A stretch of 64,000 bases of DNA from Leucobacter sp. Lineage in GTDB: Bacteria; Actinomycetota; Actinomycetes; Actinomycetales; Microbacteriaceae. How positions within the stretch are numbered: the first letter of the stretch is position 1; each line of letters opens with the position of its first letter. The notes beneath the pieces are model-generated. The model saw only the letters and a list, made by a program, of their open reading frames with translations. It did not search any database and was not told the DNA's origin. The stretch spans positions 179,630-243,629 of the forward strand of contig CP183188.1 of assembly GCA_048516985.1 (NCBI GenBank), written 5' to 3'. Position numbers and translations under genes: made by a program. Below, piece after piece: positions 1 to 9,780 of this stretch.

Positions 1-859
1 GCGACAGCGTCTTGATACGGATCTTCTCATCCGCGTTCTCGCGCTTGGTATCGAGGAAGCGCATGATGTCGGGGTGGTGCGCGCTGAGGTACACGGCGCC
101 TGCGCCCTGGCGCGCGCCGAGCTGATTCGCGTAGCTGAAGCTGTCTTCCAGCAGCTTCATCACGGGGATGATGCCGGAAGACTGGTTCTCGATCTTCTTG
201 ATCGGGGCGCCGGACTCGCGGATGTTCGAGAGCAGCAGGGCGACGCCGCCGCCGCGCTTGGACAGCTGCAGCGAGGAGTTGATGCCGCGCGAGATCGACT
301 CCATATTGTCCTCGATGCGCAGCAGGAAGCACGACACCAGCTCGCCGCGCTGCGCCTTGCCGAGGTTCAGGAAGGTGGGTGTCGCGGGCTGGAATCGCCC
401 GCTGATGATCTCCCGCATGATGCCGCGGGCGAGTTCCCGATCGCCCTGGGCGAGGCCGAGCGCGACCATGACCACGCGATCCTCGAAGCGCTCCAGGTAG
501 CGCTTGCCGTCGAAGGTCTTCAGCGCGTAGGAGGTGAAGAACTTGAAGGCGCCGAGGAAGGTGGGGAAGCGGAACTTCAGCGCGTAGGCCTCATCGGTCA
601 GCTGCTCGATGAAGTCGACCGAGTACTGCTCGATGAGCGCGCGCTCGTAGTAGTCGTTGTCGAGAAGGTAGCGCATCCGCTCTTCGAAGTTGTGGAAGAA
701 GACGGTGTTCTGGTTGACGTGCTGCAGGAAGTACTGGCGCGCAGCTTCACGATCCTTGTCGAATTGGATCATTCCGTCCGCGTCGTAGAGATTCAGCATC
801 GCGTTCAGCGAATGGTAATCCATGTCGCTGACCTTGGACGAGGCGAGACCCGACTCCAT
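1..859 (-). CDS. nrdE: Class Ib ribonucleotide reductase alpha subunit NrdE, N-terminal ~286 codons; the gene continues past the window start
   Basis: My minus-strand translation from ATG 859..857 reads [26 protein letters not shown]...[29 protein letters not shown]...[15 protein letters not shown] and stays open to position 1. It is absent from the ORF track because there is no stop in the window. ATGA overlap with the nrdI stop; nrdH-nrdI-nrdE order. Confidence 0.9.
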   Translation of the reverse strand, partial: MESGLASSKVSDMDYHSLNAMLNLYDADGMIQFDKDREAARQYFLQHVNQNTVFFHNFEERMRYLLDNDYYERALIEQYSVDFIEQLTDEAYALKFRFPTFLGAFKFFTSYALKTFDGKRYLERFEDRVVMVALGLAQGDRELARGIMREIISGRFQPATPTFLNLGKAQRGELVSCFLLRIEDNMESISRGINSSLQLSKRGGGVALLLSNIRESGAPIKKIENQSSGIIPVMKLLEDSFSYANQLGARQGAGAVYLSAHHPDIMRFLDTKRENADEKIRIKTLS

Positions 860-1260
860 CACTGCTGCTTCCAAAATGCTTCCAATCCTTCTTGGACGGC
901 GGTGACGTCGTCCGGTGTGCCAAAGAGTTCGAATCGATAGAGATGGGGAACCTGGCATTTCCGGGCGACGATATCGCCCGCGATGCCGTAGGCCTCGCCG
1001 AAGTTGGTGTTGCCCGCCGCGATGACGCCCCGCAGATGTCGCCGGTTTCGCTCGTCGTTGAGGAAACGGATCACCTGCTTGGGCACCGCCCGCGTCTCCG
1101 GCCCTCCGCCGTAGGTGGGCAGAACCAGCACGAAGGGCTCGTCCACGACGAGCGGCTCGTCCTTCGCGTGGAGCGGGATGCGGCTCGCGGGGCGTCCCAG
1201 CTTCTCGATGAAGCGGTGGGTGTTGCCGGAAGCGCTCGAGAAGTAGACCAGATCGGTCAT
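859..1260 (-). CDS. nrdI: Flavodoxin-like ribonucleotide reductase assembly protein NrdI
   Basis: Last 133 aa of ORF 859..2196, from ATG 1260: [24 protein letters not shown]...LPTYGGG...[10 protein letters not shown]. Position between nrdH and nrdE. The upstream part of the 445-aa ORF is Arg/Gly/Ala-rich GC artefact. Confidence 0.9.
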   Translation of the reverse strand: MTDLVYFSSASGNTHRFIEKLGRPASRIPLHAKDEPLVVDEPFVLVLPTYGGGPETRAVPKQVIRFLNDERNRRHLRGVIAAGNTNFGEAYGIAGDIVARKCQVPHLYRFELFGTPDDVTAVQEGLEAFWKQQ

Positions 1261-1336
1261 CGCTCCTCCTTTCGTCCCTTCGGACCCGCCCGATCCACGA
1301 CCCGGTGGGGATCGGGCGGACTCCCCGGGGTGAGCG

Positions 1337-1573
1337 CTACTCGGAAAGACGCGAGGCGAGCGCCGAGATCTTGTCGGGGCGGAAACCCGACCAGTGCTCC
1401 TCGTCGGTGACGACGACAGGAGCCTGCAGGTACCCCAATTCCTTGACGGTTTCGAGCGCCGTCGGGTCCTCGGAGAGATCCACGATGTCGTATTCGATGC
1501 CCTGACTATCGAGCGCCCGGTAAGTCGCGTTGCACTGCACGCACGACGGCTTGGTGTACACGGTAGTAGCCAT
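1337..1573 (-). CDS. nrdH: Glutaredoxin-like protein NrdH
   Basis: 78 aa, [21 protein letters not shown] with a CxxC redox motif. First gene of the nrdHIE arrangement. Confidence 0.9.
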   Translation of the reverse strand: MATTVYTKPSCVQCNATYRALDSQGIEYDIVDLSEDPTALETVKELGYLQAPVVVTDEEHWSGFRPDKISALASRLSE

Positions 1574-1613
1574 GTCACGCCCTTCCTCAAGATCCCTAGC
1601 GCCCCAAGCGAGG

Positions 1614-1662
1614 CACTACATATAGTGAACCACACCCGGGTCAACCACAACATGCTGTAGTT
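1614..1662 (-). promoter_or_regulatory. Two candidate NrdR boxes upstream of nrdH
   Basis: Imperfect palindromes CACTACATATAGTG (1614-1627) and ACAACATGCTGTAGTT (1647-1662), about 34 bp centre to centre and 40-90 bp upstream of the nrdH ATG, in an otherwise GC-rich region. They resemble the AT-rich 16-bp NrdR-box palindrome as I recall it. Confidence 0.5.
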
Positions 1663-1931
1663 ACACCTCTGTAGTTTTCCACGTGTCATCCACCGAATGC
1701 AAGGGGGTGCTGGGGAGAACTTTCGGCGTGATTCCGCCGTGACACGCACGTTATCCACAACCACGAGGGGGCGGAAAATATTTCCTCCCCACCCACGTCC
1801 CGGCGTGTCGTGATCGCGACCGCTGAACCCACCTCCGACGCCCCGCCGGCAGGGTCCGAATCGGGGTGCGGGACGGCGCACGAAGCGGGGTGCGGATCCG
1901 AGTGCGGCGCGCCCCCGATCCGCCCCCGCGG

Positions 1932-2309
1932 TCACAGCGCAACCGGCCATAGCAATTCCGTTCCGTCGGCTTGGAACCAGCGCAGCACCAGCATCGCGTC
2001 GGGGGCGGCGAGCGCCCCCTCGGCACGGACCCCGCGCAGCACCACCCGCACCCGCTCCCCCGGGTGCACCGTTCGCGGCAGCGAGAGCCCCAGCATCCCG
2101 CCGCCTGCAAGCGCGAGGCGCACCGCCCGCAACGGGCCCGTGCTCCGCTGCTCGATCTCGATCACGCCGCGATCGCTGCGCGTGACCACCCGCCACGGCA
2201 CCGGCACGGCGAGCGGGGCTTCCCCCGCTGCCATCGGCCCAGCGCTCACCGGCGGCGGAGCCCCGCGGGGCAGCGGCAGGACCCGGCTCGTCAGGCGGAA
2301 GGAGTTCAT
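1932..2309 (-). CDS. Hypothetical protein (125 aa)
   Basis: ORF with GC3-rich codons ([16 protein letters not shown]...[19 protein letters not shown]). No family recognised and no clear RBS. Overlapped by several alternative-frame ORFs. Confidence 0.35.
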   Translation of the reverse strand: MNSFRLTSRVLPLPRGAPPPVSAGPMAAGEAPLAVPVPWRVVTRSDRGVIEIEQRSTGPLRAVRLALAGGGMLGLSLPRTVHPGERVRVVLRGVRAEGALAAPDAMLVLRWFQADGTELLWPVAL

Positions 2310-2380
2310 GCGGGCAGGCTACGCCGGACCTCTGACATTCGAGGATGAGGCGGGCGATCCCGTCCTCATCGCCGGCAACG

Positions 2381-2413
2381 CCCGAGGCTCCCGAAGCATC
2401 AGGGAGCCTCGGG
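2381..2413 (-). terminator. Hairpin downstream of the alcohol dehydrogenase gene
   Basis: CCCGAGGCTCCC-gaagcatca-GGGAGCCTCGGG, a perfect 12-bp stem 50 bp past the stop at 2462. No clear U-tract. Confidence 0.4.
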
Positions 2414-2461
2414 AGCCTCAGGGGACCCCGAGCACCTCAGAGGGTCCCGGGGATGAATCGC

Positions 2462-3604
2462 TCAGTCGAGCTGTTCTCCCACCGGGACGAAATCGATGAC
2501 GCCGCGGATGTTGCGCCCGGCGCGCATATCGTCGTACGCCTCGTTGATCTGGTCAAGGGTGTAGCGCTTGGTAACGAGCTCGTCGAGCATCAGCTTGCCG
2601 TCGCGGTACATCTCGAGCAGATTCGGCATCACCACGCGCGGCGAGCCCATGCCGAAGATGGCACCCTGGATCTTCTTCTGCATCATCGCGATGGTGAAGG
2701 CGTTCACGCCGGGACCGAAGGAGCTGTCGTCCTGATCGTTGCCGATACCGGTGACGACGATGGTGCCGCCCTTGCGCGTGGCGTTGAAGGCCTGGCCGAT
2801 GTGCTCGTTGCGCACGATGCCGATGGTGACGATCGAGACGTCGGCGCCCTGACCGTCGGTGATCGACTTCACGAAGGCGTCGGCGTCCGCGATGTTGTCG
2901 AAGAACTCGGTCGCGCCGAACTGCGGCGCCCACTCCCGCTTCTCGGGAGCCGGGTCGACCACCACGACGTTCTTCGCACCGCTGATCTTCGCGCCCTGCA
3001 CCGCGTTCATGCCGATGCCGCCGGCACCGAGGATGAGCACGACATCGCCCGCGCGCACATTGCCCGCGGTGGTCGCGCTGCCGACGCCGGTCTGCACACC
3101 GCAGGCGACCAGGGAGATCACATGCAGGTCGAAGGCCTTGTCCACCTTCACCAGCGAGATCTGGTCGAACACCTGCCACTCGCTGAAGGTGCCGAGCGAG
3201 GCCATCGTGGCGATGTCGGTGTCGCCCTCGTGGACGCGGAAGCCGCCCGCGGGCTGATCGCCCACGAGGATGCTCGCGCCGGCGTTGCACAGATTCGACA
3301 TGCCGAGCACGCACCATTTGCACTTGCCGCACGCGGGGATGAAGGAGGTGATGACATGGTCGCCGACCTCGAAATCGGTGACGTTCTCACCGACTTTGCG
3401 CACGATGCCGGCACCCTCGTGGCCGCCGATGAAGGGCATGTGACCGAGCTGCAGGTCACCCTGCGTGTAGTGGTCGTCCGAGTGGCACAGCCCCGAGGAA
3501 ACGAGCTGCACGAGCACCTCCGAGGGCCCCGGCTCATCGAGCTCGACCTCTTGCACCTTCCACTTCCCGGGGGCTTCCCACAGTACTGCTGCGCGTGTCT
3601 TCAT
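2462..3604 (-). CDS. Zn-dependent alcohol dehydrogenase (NDMA-dependent/class III-like MDR family)
   Basis: 380 aa with GLCHSD catalytic Zn ligands, GHEGAGIV, a structural Zn cluster (CGKCKWC) and a Rossmann LGAGGIGMNAV. Confidence 0.85.
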   Translation of the reverse strand: MKTRAAVLWEAPGKWKVQEVELDEPGPSEVLVQLVSSGLCHSDDHYTQGDLQLGHMPFIGGHEGAGIVRKVGENVTDFEVGDHVITSFIPACGKCKWCVLGMSNLCNAGASILVGDQPAGGFRVHEGDTDIATMASLGTFSEWQVFDQISLVKVDKAFDLHVISLVACGVQTGVGSATTAGNVRAGDVVLILGAGGIGMNAVQGAKISGAKNVVVVDPAPEKREWAPQFGATEFFDNIADADAFVKSITDGQGADVSIVTIGIVRNEHIGQAFNATRKGGTIVVTGIGNDQDDSSFGPGVNAFTIAMMQKKIQGAIFGMGSPRVVMPNLLEMYRDGKLMLDELVTKRYTLDQINEAYDDMRAGRNIRGVIDFVPVGEQLD

Positions 3605-3811
3605 CGTCTTCCTCCTTGCCGTGGGGCACGGCGCGAAGGAGGGTCGCTCCGTTGCGCCTGCTGCCCAGTCGTATTGGTCTGAGATTCCCGACGCTATGCG
3701 AAGCGAACCACCGGTTCAACGATGAAGCGGCAATATTGCGCTGAAGAGCAAGCCATCTGCACTGAGCGATGCAGCGCCGCAGCGTCACGGCCGAGTCGCT
3801 GTGAGCCCCAT

Positions 3812-5215
3812 TCACCCCGAAGCGACAATGACGGGAGCCTTCCCCGCCCAGGGTATACGGGCCTCGAGCTCGGCTGCGACGCGGATCAGCAGATCCTCCC
3901 GGCCCTGGGCCGCCACCAGCTGCACGCCGAGCGGCAAGCCTCCGGAGCTCGTCCCCAGGGGCAGGCTCACCGCAGGCTGGCCACCGAGGTTGAAAGCGCT
4001 CGTGAACGGCCCGTACTCGAAGATGGCGGCCATCCACGACCGGCCCGTATGTCCCGGATCGTCGTAATCGAGGGTGCCGTGCGGAATCGGCTCACGCGCG
4101 AGAGTCGGCGTGATCAGCAGATCGTAACGCTCGAAGAAGGCACCCGCTTCGCGCGCGACGGTGTTGAAGGCGTCGAACCCCCGTGCGGCATCGGCCAGCG
4201 GCGTCTGCCGGGCCTCGAGCACGAAGGCGCGAGTGGCCGCCTCCAGAAGCCCGAGATCCGCAGCGACGGGCACGGCACCCGCCAGGCCCAACCGGGTGAC
4301 AGCCACATAGGCATCGAGAATATCCTCGTCGCGGAAGGCCGGCGTCACCTCTTCTACGATACGGTCGCGACGTTCCAGGGCCGCGGCGATGCCGCAGGCG
4401 AGCGCCCTCGACTCGCCGTTCACCTCGGTTCCGTACCACCCTGCCGGGGAGACAGCGATCCGCAGTGGCCCCGAATCGCGCCCCACCTCACCCGAATATG
4501 GGTCGTGCGGGGCGGGCACGCGATACTTCTCACCGGGAGCGTCTCCCGCCAGCGCGTCCAACAGCGCCGCCACATCGCGAAGGGTCCGCGTGATCGCGAA
4601 ATGACCCGTCACTCCGAAGCCGGCCTCGAGCGAGTACGGGCCGACCGGGACACGGCCGCGGGAGGGCTTGAATCCGACGACCCCGCACGCGGCCGACGGC
4701 ACCCGGATCGAACCGGCGCCATCCGAGGCATGCGCCCATGGCACTGCCCGCGCCGCCACGAGTGCAGCCGATCCACCGCTCGATCCGCCCGCTCCCAGCC
4801 CGGGATCCCATGGGTTGCGTGTGGGGCCGTTCAGCGCCGAGTCGGTGGCGAAGCTGATGCAGAACTCCGGGGCAGCGGTGGCGCCGAGGATCGCAAGACC
4901 GGTCGCACGGGCACGAGCGGTGACGATCGAGTCCCGGTCGGCGACAGCGCCGCGGAGGAGCCTGCTGCCGACAGTGAACGGATAGCCGGCTGCGAAGGGC
5001 CCGTCGTCCTTCATCAGGAAGGGCACCCCGGCCAGAGGCCCGGCGGCGTATGGGATCGCCTCTTCGAATAACGGGAACGCCAGGGCATTGAGCTCGGACA
5101 CCGAGGAGATCGCGGATCGCGCGGCCTCCGCGATCTCCGGCGCCTCGACCTCGCCGTCGCGGATCAACTCGCTCAAGCCGACTCCGTCGTATTCGATGTA
5201 CTCGTCGACTCTCAT
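3812..5215 (-). CDS. Amidase (amidase-signature family)
   Basis: 467 aa with the AS motif GGSSGGSAALVA and upstream conserved PFLMKD. Confidence 0.85.
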   Translation of the reverse strand: MRVDEYIEYDGVGLSELIRDGEVEAPEIAEAARSAISSVSELNALAFPLFEEAIPYAAGPLAGVPFLMKDDGPFAAGYPFTVGSRLLRGAVADRDSIVTARARATGLAILGATAAPEFCISFATDSALNGPTRNPWDPGLGAGGSSGGSAALVAARAVPWAHASDGAGSIRVPSAACGVVGFKPSRGRVPVGPYSLEAGFGVTGHFAITRTLRDVAALLDALAGDAPGEKYRVPAPHDPYSGEVGRDSGPLRIAVSPAGWYGTEVNGESRALACGIAAALERRDRIVEEVTPAFRDEDILDAYVAVTRLGLAGAVPVAADLGLLEAATRAFVLEARQTPLADAARGFDAFNTVAREAGAFFERYDLLITPTLAREPIPHGTLDYDDPGHTGRSWMAAIFEYGPFTSAFNLGGQPAVSLPLGTSSGGLPLGVQLVAAQGREDLLIRVAAELEARIPWAGKAPVIVASG

Positions 5216-5366
5216 CGGATCCCTGACCTTTCATGGAGGCCGCGGTGCCACCTTCGGCACGGGGCATGCCCCCATCATCACCGACCCGCGGTCCGGCTGC
5301 AATGCGGGCGCACGGGTCCGGTAGCGGGTGTCTTCCCCGCATCTGCACCCGGACTACCATCGAAGC

Positions 5367-5858
5367 ATGGCGAATCCAGCCCCGAATCCCGCAGCCACCC
5401 CTGTTCCTCCGCAGCTCGAATTCTTCGCACGGGTCGATGTTCGGGTGGGCGCTCCCGTGGAGATCGGTGAGACCCTCGACGGAATGCGCAGGATCATCCC
5501 CATCATCGGCGGCACCGTCGAAGGGCCGGGGATCCGCGGCACCGTACTGGAGGCGGGTGCGGACTTCCAGCTGATCCGCTCCGAGAGCCTCACCGAGCTT
5601 GAGGCGAAGTACGCGGTCGAAACCGAGGAGGGCGAGCGGATCTACATCTCGAACTTCGGGATCCGCTCCGGCGACCCGGCGGATATCGCCCGCCTGATCC
5701 GGGGCGAGGAGGTCGATCCCTCCCGCATCTACTTCATGTCGACGCCGCGACTGCGATCATCATCGCCGCCCTGGCGGTTCCTCGACGAGCGGCTCTTCAT
5801 CGCACGGGGCCGCCGCTTCCCCGATCTCGTCTCGCTCGACGTGTTTATGGTCTCCTGA
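5367..5858 (+). CDS. DUF3237 (UPF0311) family protein
   Basis: ORF 5328..5858. The pattern ...IIPIIGGTVEGPGIRGTVLEAGADFQL...IYISNFG matches my recollection of DUF3237. Start is ambiguous between GTG 5328 and ATG 5367. Confidence 0.6.
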   Translation: MANPAPNPAATPVPPQLEFFARVDVRVGAPVEIGETLDGMRRIIPIIGGTVEGPGIRGTVLEAGADFQLIRSESLTELEAKYAVETEEGERIYISNFGIRSGDPADIARLIRGEEVDPSRIYFMSTPRLRSSSPPWRFLDERLFIARGRRFPDLVSLDVFMVS

Positions 5859-5873
5859 GCGCTCGACGCCGCT

Positions 5874-6332
5874 TTAGGCGTGGTGGTACGGCCGACCGGC
5901 CGAGATCTCCTGGGCTCGGTACAGCTGCTCGGCCACGATGAGGCGCACGAGCTGGTGCGGAAAGACCAGCTTCGAAAGGCTCCACACGAAATCCGCCCGC
6001 TGCCGCACCCGCTCGTCGACACCGTATGCCCCGCCGATCACGAGCACCACCGGGCGGGAGACGTCGAGCGCCGAACGCAGCACCCGCGCGAGCTCCGGCG
6101 AATCGACGTTGCGACCGCGCTCGTCCAGCAGCACTAGGAAATCGTCGCGGCCGATCCTCGCGAGCAGCCGATCCGACTCCTCGGTGCGCGCGGCCTCGCC
6201 CTCGCGGGCCGAGTGCGGGATCAGTTGCCAGGAGAGGTCGAAGGGCTTGCGCAGGCGCTGCTCATAGCGGTCGATGCCGCCGTCGACCCAGTTCTCGTGC
6301 TTCTTCCCGACCGCAAGGATTCGGACGGTCAT
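5874..6332 (-). CDS. rlmH: 23S rRNA (pseudouridine1915-N3)-methyltransferase RlmH
   Basis: 152 aa from ATG 6332: MTVRILAVGKKHENWVDGGIDRYEQRL...LVIGGAYGVDE...SKLVFPHQLVRLIVAEQLYRA (SPOUT RlmH). The rest of ORF 5874..6722 is upstream read-through. Confidence 0.9.
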   Translation of the reverse strand: MTVRILAVGKKHENWVDGGIDRYEQRLRKPFDLSWQLIPHSAREGEAARTEESDRLLARIGRDDFLVLLDERGRNVDSPELARVLRSALDVSRPVVLVIGGAYGVDERVRQRADFVWSLSKLVFPHQLVRLIVAEQLYRAQEISAGRPYHHA

Positions 6333-6459
6333 CGGCCCGATCCCTTCCCGAGGCCGAGACGGCCTCGGCGCTGGCGTCGCGGCGAAGGCCAGAAATGGCC
6401 TTCGCCCTGAGCTCCAGCGCGCAGCTTCTTCCCGACCGCAAGGATTCGGACGGTCATCG
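6299..6459. repeat. 36-bp perfect direct repeat (6299-6334 and 6424-6459) duplicating the rlmH start, flanking two hairpins
   Basis: GCTTCTTCCCGACCGCAAGGATTCGGACGGTCATCG occurs twice with a 125-bp period. Hairpins lie between the copies at 6350-6366 (GAGGCCG/CGGCCTC) and 6381-6406 (GGCGAAGGCC/GGCCTTCGCC). Confidence 0.95.
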
Positions 6460-6489
6460 TCTCGCCTCGGACCCGCGGATCGCCACCCG

Positions 6490-7707
6490 CTAGTCCACCC
6501 GCACGGTCTCGAGGAACTCTGAGATGCGGCCGATTGCCTCCTCGAGCACCGGCACGGCCGGCAGCGCCACGAAGCGCAGGTGGTCGGGGGTGGGCAGGTT
6601 GAAGCCCTGCCCGTTCGTGACGAGCACGCGGGTGGCCCGGAGCAGGTCGATGACGAACTGCTGGTCATCCTGAATGGGGTAACGTCTCGGATCGAGCCGG
6701 GGAAAGAGGTACAGCGCACCACCGGGGGCCACGCAGTCGACGCCCGGGATGTCGTTCAGCAGCCGGTGGGTGGCCGCCGCCTGCTCGTAGAGCCGCCCCC
6801 CGGGGGAGCACAGCTCGTCGATCGAGGTTTCGACCGTCAGCGCGACCGGAATCGCATACTGCGCCGGCACGTTCGAGCACATGCGCATATTCGCGAGCAG
6901 CGTGAGACCCTCGAGGAAATCGTGCCCCATCGCCTTGTTCCCGGACGCCACGACCCAGCCCGCGCGGTAACCGGCGACGCGCTGCACCTTCGAGAGGCCG
7001 CCGAAGGTGAGACAGAGGGTCTCCTTCGCGTGCAGCGCCGCGTACTCGTGCTGCGCGCCGTTGTAGAGGATGCGGTCGTAGATCTCGTCTGCCATCAGCA
7101 CGAGCCCGTGGCGCTCGGCCAGCTCAGCGAAACCGCGCACCAGCTCTGCCGAGTACACCGCGCCCGTCGGATTGTTCGGGTTGATGAGCACGATGCCCTT
7201 CGTGCGGTCGGTCACAAGCGCCTCGATCGCCTCGAGGTCGGGCATCCACCCGTTCTGCTCGTCGCACGGGTAGTGCACGGGCCGCCCGCCGGTCAGCATC
7301 ACCTGGGCGGTCCACAGCGGGTAATCGGGAGATGGGATGAGGATCTCGTCCCCCGGGCTGACGAGCGCCTGCAGCACGAGCGAGATCAGCTCACTGACCC
7401 CGTTGCCCAGCAATACGTCGCCCGGATCCACCTGGGGCAGGCCGATCTCGGTGTAGTGACGTGCGACGGCCTCCCGCGCGACGAGCACGCCGCGCGAATC
7501 GCTGTACCCCTGCGCCTCGGGGAGCGCCCGTCTCATCGCCTCGATGATCTCGGGCGGCGCTTCGAAGCCGAAGGGTGCCGGGTTTCCGATGTTGAGCTTC
7601 AGGATCGCCTCGCCCTCGAGCTCCAACCGCTCGGCCTCCTGGAGGATCGGACCGCGCACGTCGTAGCGCACGCCGGCGAGCTTGCTGGACTGGGTGATAT
7701 GGCGCAT
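6490..7707 (-). CDS. PLP-dependent aminotransferase, AlaA/alanine aminotransferase type (class I)
   Basis: 405 aa from ATG 7707: MRHITQSSKLAGVRYDVRGPILQEA...LNIGNPAPFGF...INPNNPTGAVY...GGLSKVQRVAGYRAGW. The 757-aa ORF 6490..8763 is an artefactual extension. Confidence 0.85.
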   Translation of the reverse strand: MRHITQSSKLAGVRYDVRGPILQEAERLELEGEAILKLNIGNPAPFGFEAPPEIIEAMRRALPEAQGYSDSRGVLVAREAVARHYTEIGLPQVDPGDVLLGNGVSELISLVLQALVSPGDEILIPSPDYPLWTAQVMLTGGRPVHYPCDEQNGWMPDLEAIEALVTDRTKGIVLINPNNPTGAVYSAELVRGFAELAERHGLVLMADEIYDRILYNGAQHEYAALHAKETLCLTFGGLSKVQRVAGYRAGWVVASGNKAMGHDFLEGLTLLANMRMCSNVPAQYAIPVALTVETSIDELCSPGGRLYEQAAATHRLLNDIPGVDCVAPGGALYLFPRLDPRRYPIQDDQQFVIDLLRATRVLVTNGQGFNLPTPDHLRFVALPAVPVLEEAIGRISEFLETVRVD

Positions 7708-7778
7708 TCCCCGATTATCCCACCGCGAAGGTGGGAGGATCGCACGCGCGGTGCTCGCGTCGCGCGAGGCGATCGCGC

Positions 7779-9665
7779 TCAGCCGGCGTGGTGCCCCTGC
7801 TGCGCGTAGAGCTCCGCGTAGCGGCCGCCGCGCCGCAGCAGCTCGGCATGGGTCCCCTCCTCCACGATGCGGCCGGCCGACACCACATAGATGCGATCCG
7901 CGCCGACCACCGTCGACAGGCGATGCGCGATCGCGATGGTGGTCCGCCCCTCCCGGGCGTCGTCGAGGGCGCGCTGCACGGCGCGCTCGTTCACCGTGTC
8001 CAGCGCGCTCGTCGCCTCGTCGAGCACCAGCACTCGGGGATTCTTCAGCAGCACTCGGGCGATGGCGAGCCGCTGCTTCTCCCCGCCGGAGAGGCGGTAG
8101 CCGCGCTCCCCCACCACGGTGTCGTAGCCGTGCTCGAAGCCGGCCACCGTGTCGTGGATGTTCGCGAGCCGCGCCGCCGCCTCCAGCTCCTCCTGACTCG
8201 CATCGGGCTTCGCGTAGCGCAGGTTCTCGGCGATGGAGGCGTGGAAGAGATAGGGATCCTGCGTCACCACCCCGATGCGATCCATCAGCGCCTGCTGCCC
8301 CAGCTCCCGCACATCGTCGCCCGCGTAGCGGACGGTGCCCGCGCTCGCCTCGTACAGGCGCGGGATGAGGGTGCTGATGGTGGTCTTGCCCGATCCCGAG
8401 GCCCCGACGAAGGCGACGAACTCCCCCGGCTCCACGCGGAAGGAGACGTCGTCGAGCGTCGGCGCCGCGTGCGCGGGCGCGTCCGGGTAGCGGAAGACGA
8501 CCCGTTCGAACTCGACCCGACCCGCTCGGCCGGGTTCGTCGGAGGGCTCGCGGGCGTCGACGGCGTCGCGGATCGCGGGCCGCAGATCGAGGTACTCGAA
8601 GATGCGGGCGAAGAGGGCGCGGGAGGTCTGCAGATCGAGCGCGACCCGCATCAGCGCCATCATCGGGAAGAGGAGCCGCGCCTGCACCGTGGTGAAGGCG
8701 ACGACGGTGCCGGCCGTGATGCCGGCGTCGAAGCCCTCGCCCTGCGCGTAGGCGATGAGCCACCCCGAGACGAGGTAGACGATGGCCGGCACCGCCGACA
8801 GGAATACCTGGATCCCCGCGAAGAACAGCTGCCCGCTCATCGTCTGCCGCACCTGCAGCTCGATCTGGGTGCGGTTCTCCGCGGCGTAGCGCTCGGTCTC
8901 CGCCTGCTGCTGCGAGTAGGTTTTGGCGAGCAGCACGCCGGAGACCGAGAGCGCCTCCTGGGTGATCGCGCTCATTTCGGACAGCGACTCCTGCGTACGG
9001 CCCGCGATCCGGGCGCGGATCTGGCCGACCTTGCGCTGCCCCGCGACCAGCGCCGGGAGCAGGATCAGCGCGATGATCGTCAGCTGCCAGCTGAGCAGCA
9101 GCATCGCGACGAAGGCGGCGATCACGGTCACCGTGTTGCCGATCACGCTCGAGACCGTGTTCGAGAGCACCCCGGCGACCCCGCCGACGTCGTTCTGGAG
9201 CCGGGACTGGATCACCCCGGTCTTCGTGCGCGTGAAGAAGCCGAGATCCATCGACTGCAGATGCGAGAACAGTCGCACGCGCAGATCGCCCATCACCCGG
9301 TTGCCCACGCGGGCGGTGATCTTGGTCTGCACGACGCCGAGTGCCGAGGAGAGCACGAAGGCGATCACCATGGCGAGCACCAGCCAGCCCAGCACCGGCA
9401 GATCCGGTGCGCCGCCGGGCGGGAAGAGCCCGTCGTCGAAGATGCGCGCCGTGAGCAGCGGCGGCAGGATGCCGAGCGCCGCAGAGATCAGCACCAGCGC
9501 GATGATGACGGTAAGCTGCGTCCGGTAGGGGCGGAACAGCTCGGCGATGCGCCGACCGAGCCCGGCGATCTCCGGCGCCTCGCTGTTGAGTTCGCGCTGC
9601 TTGTCGGCGTCGGCAGCGGAGACGCGCGATCCTCGCCCGCCTATTCCCGGTCCGCCCATGCTCAT
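7779..9665 (-). CDS. ABC exporter, fused permease/ATPase (MdlB/MsbA-like)
   Basis: 628 aa with a six-helix ABC membrane domain, then Walker A GASGSGKTT, signature LSGGEKQRLAIAR and Walker B VLVLDEATSALD. Confidence 0.9.
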   Translation of the reverse strand: MSMGGPGIGGRGSRVSAADADKQRELNSEAPEIAGLGRRIAELFRPYRTQLTVIIALVLISAALGILPPLLTARIFDDGLFPPGGAPDLPVLGWLVLAMVIAFVLSSALGVVQTKITARVGNRVMGDLRVRLFSHLQSMDLGFFTRTKTGVIQSRLQNDVGGVAGVLSNTVSSVIGNTVTVIAAFVAMLLLSWQLTIIALILLPALVAGQRKVGQIRARIAGRTQESLSEMSAITQEALSVSGVLLAKTYSQQQAETERYAAENRTQIELQVRQTMSGQLFFAGIQVFLSAVPAIVYLVSGWLIAYAQGEGFDAGITAGTVVAFTTVQARLLFPMMALMRVALDLQTSRALFARIFEYLDLRPAIRDAVDAREPSDEPGRAGRVEFERVVFRYPDAPAHAAPTLDDVSFRVEPGEFVAFVGASGSGKTTISTLIPRLYEASAGTVRYAGDDVRELGQQALMDRIGVVTQDPYLFHASIAENLRYAKPDASQEELEAAARLANIHDTVAGFEHGYDTVVGERGYRLSGGEKQRLAIARVLLKNPRVLVLDEATSALDTVNERAVQRALDDAREGRTTIAIAHRLSTVVGADRIYVVSAGRIVEEGTHAELLRRGGRYAELYAQQGHHAG

Positions 9666-9780
9666 AGACGGAGAATACTCCCGACTGCCGACACCCGGGC
9701 TCGTGTTCGCTCCGAGCCCGCGGGCCGCCTCTGATCGGGCGCCCGCAGCCTCGGCGGTTCCGCTTCGCTCCCGCCGCGGC

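Noticed and set aside
74-940. 288-aa plus-strand ORF, plus 27..332 and 168..500
   Set aside because: They are antisense or out of frame to a clear NrdE reading frame, and their composition is Ala/Arg/Gly-rich as expected for GC-rich shadow ORFs.
1261-2196. N-terminal 312 codons of the 445-aa ORF 859..2196
   Set aside because: Only the last 133 aa match NrdI. The upstream part overlaps nrdH in another frame and is Arg/Gly/Pro low complexity.
7708-8763. Upstream extension of ORF 6490..8763 (757 aa)
   Set aside because: The aminotransferase starts at MRHITQ (7707). The extension runs over the ABC exporter gene in a different frame.
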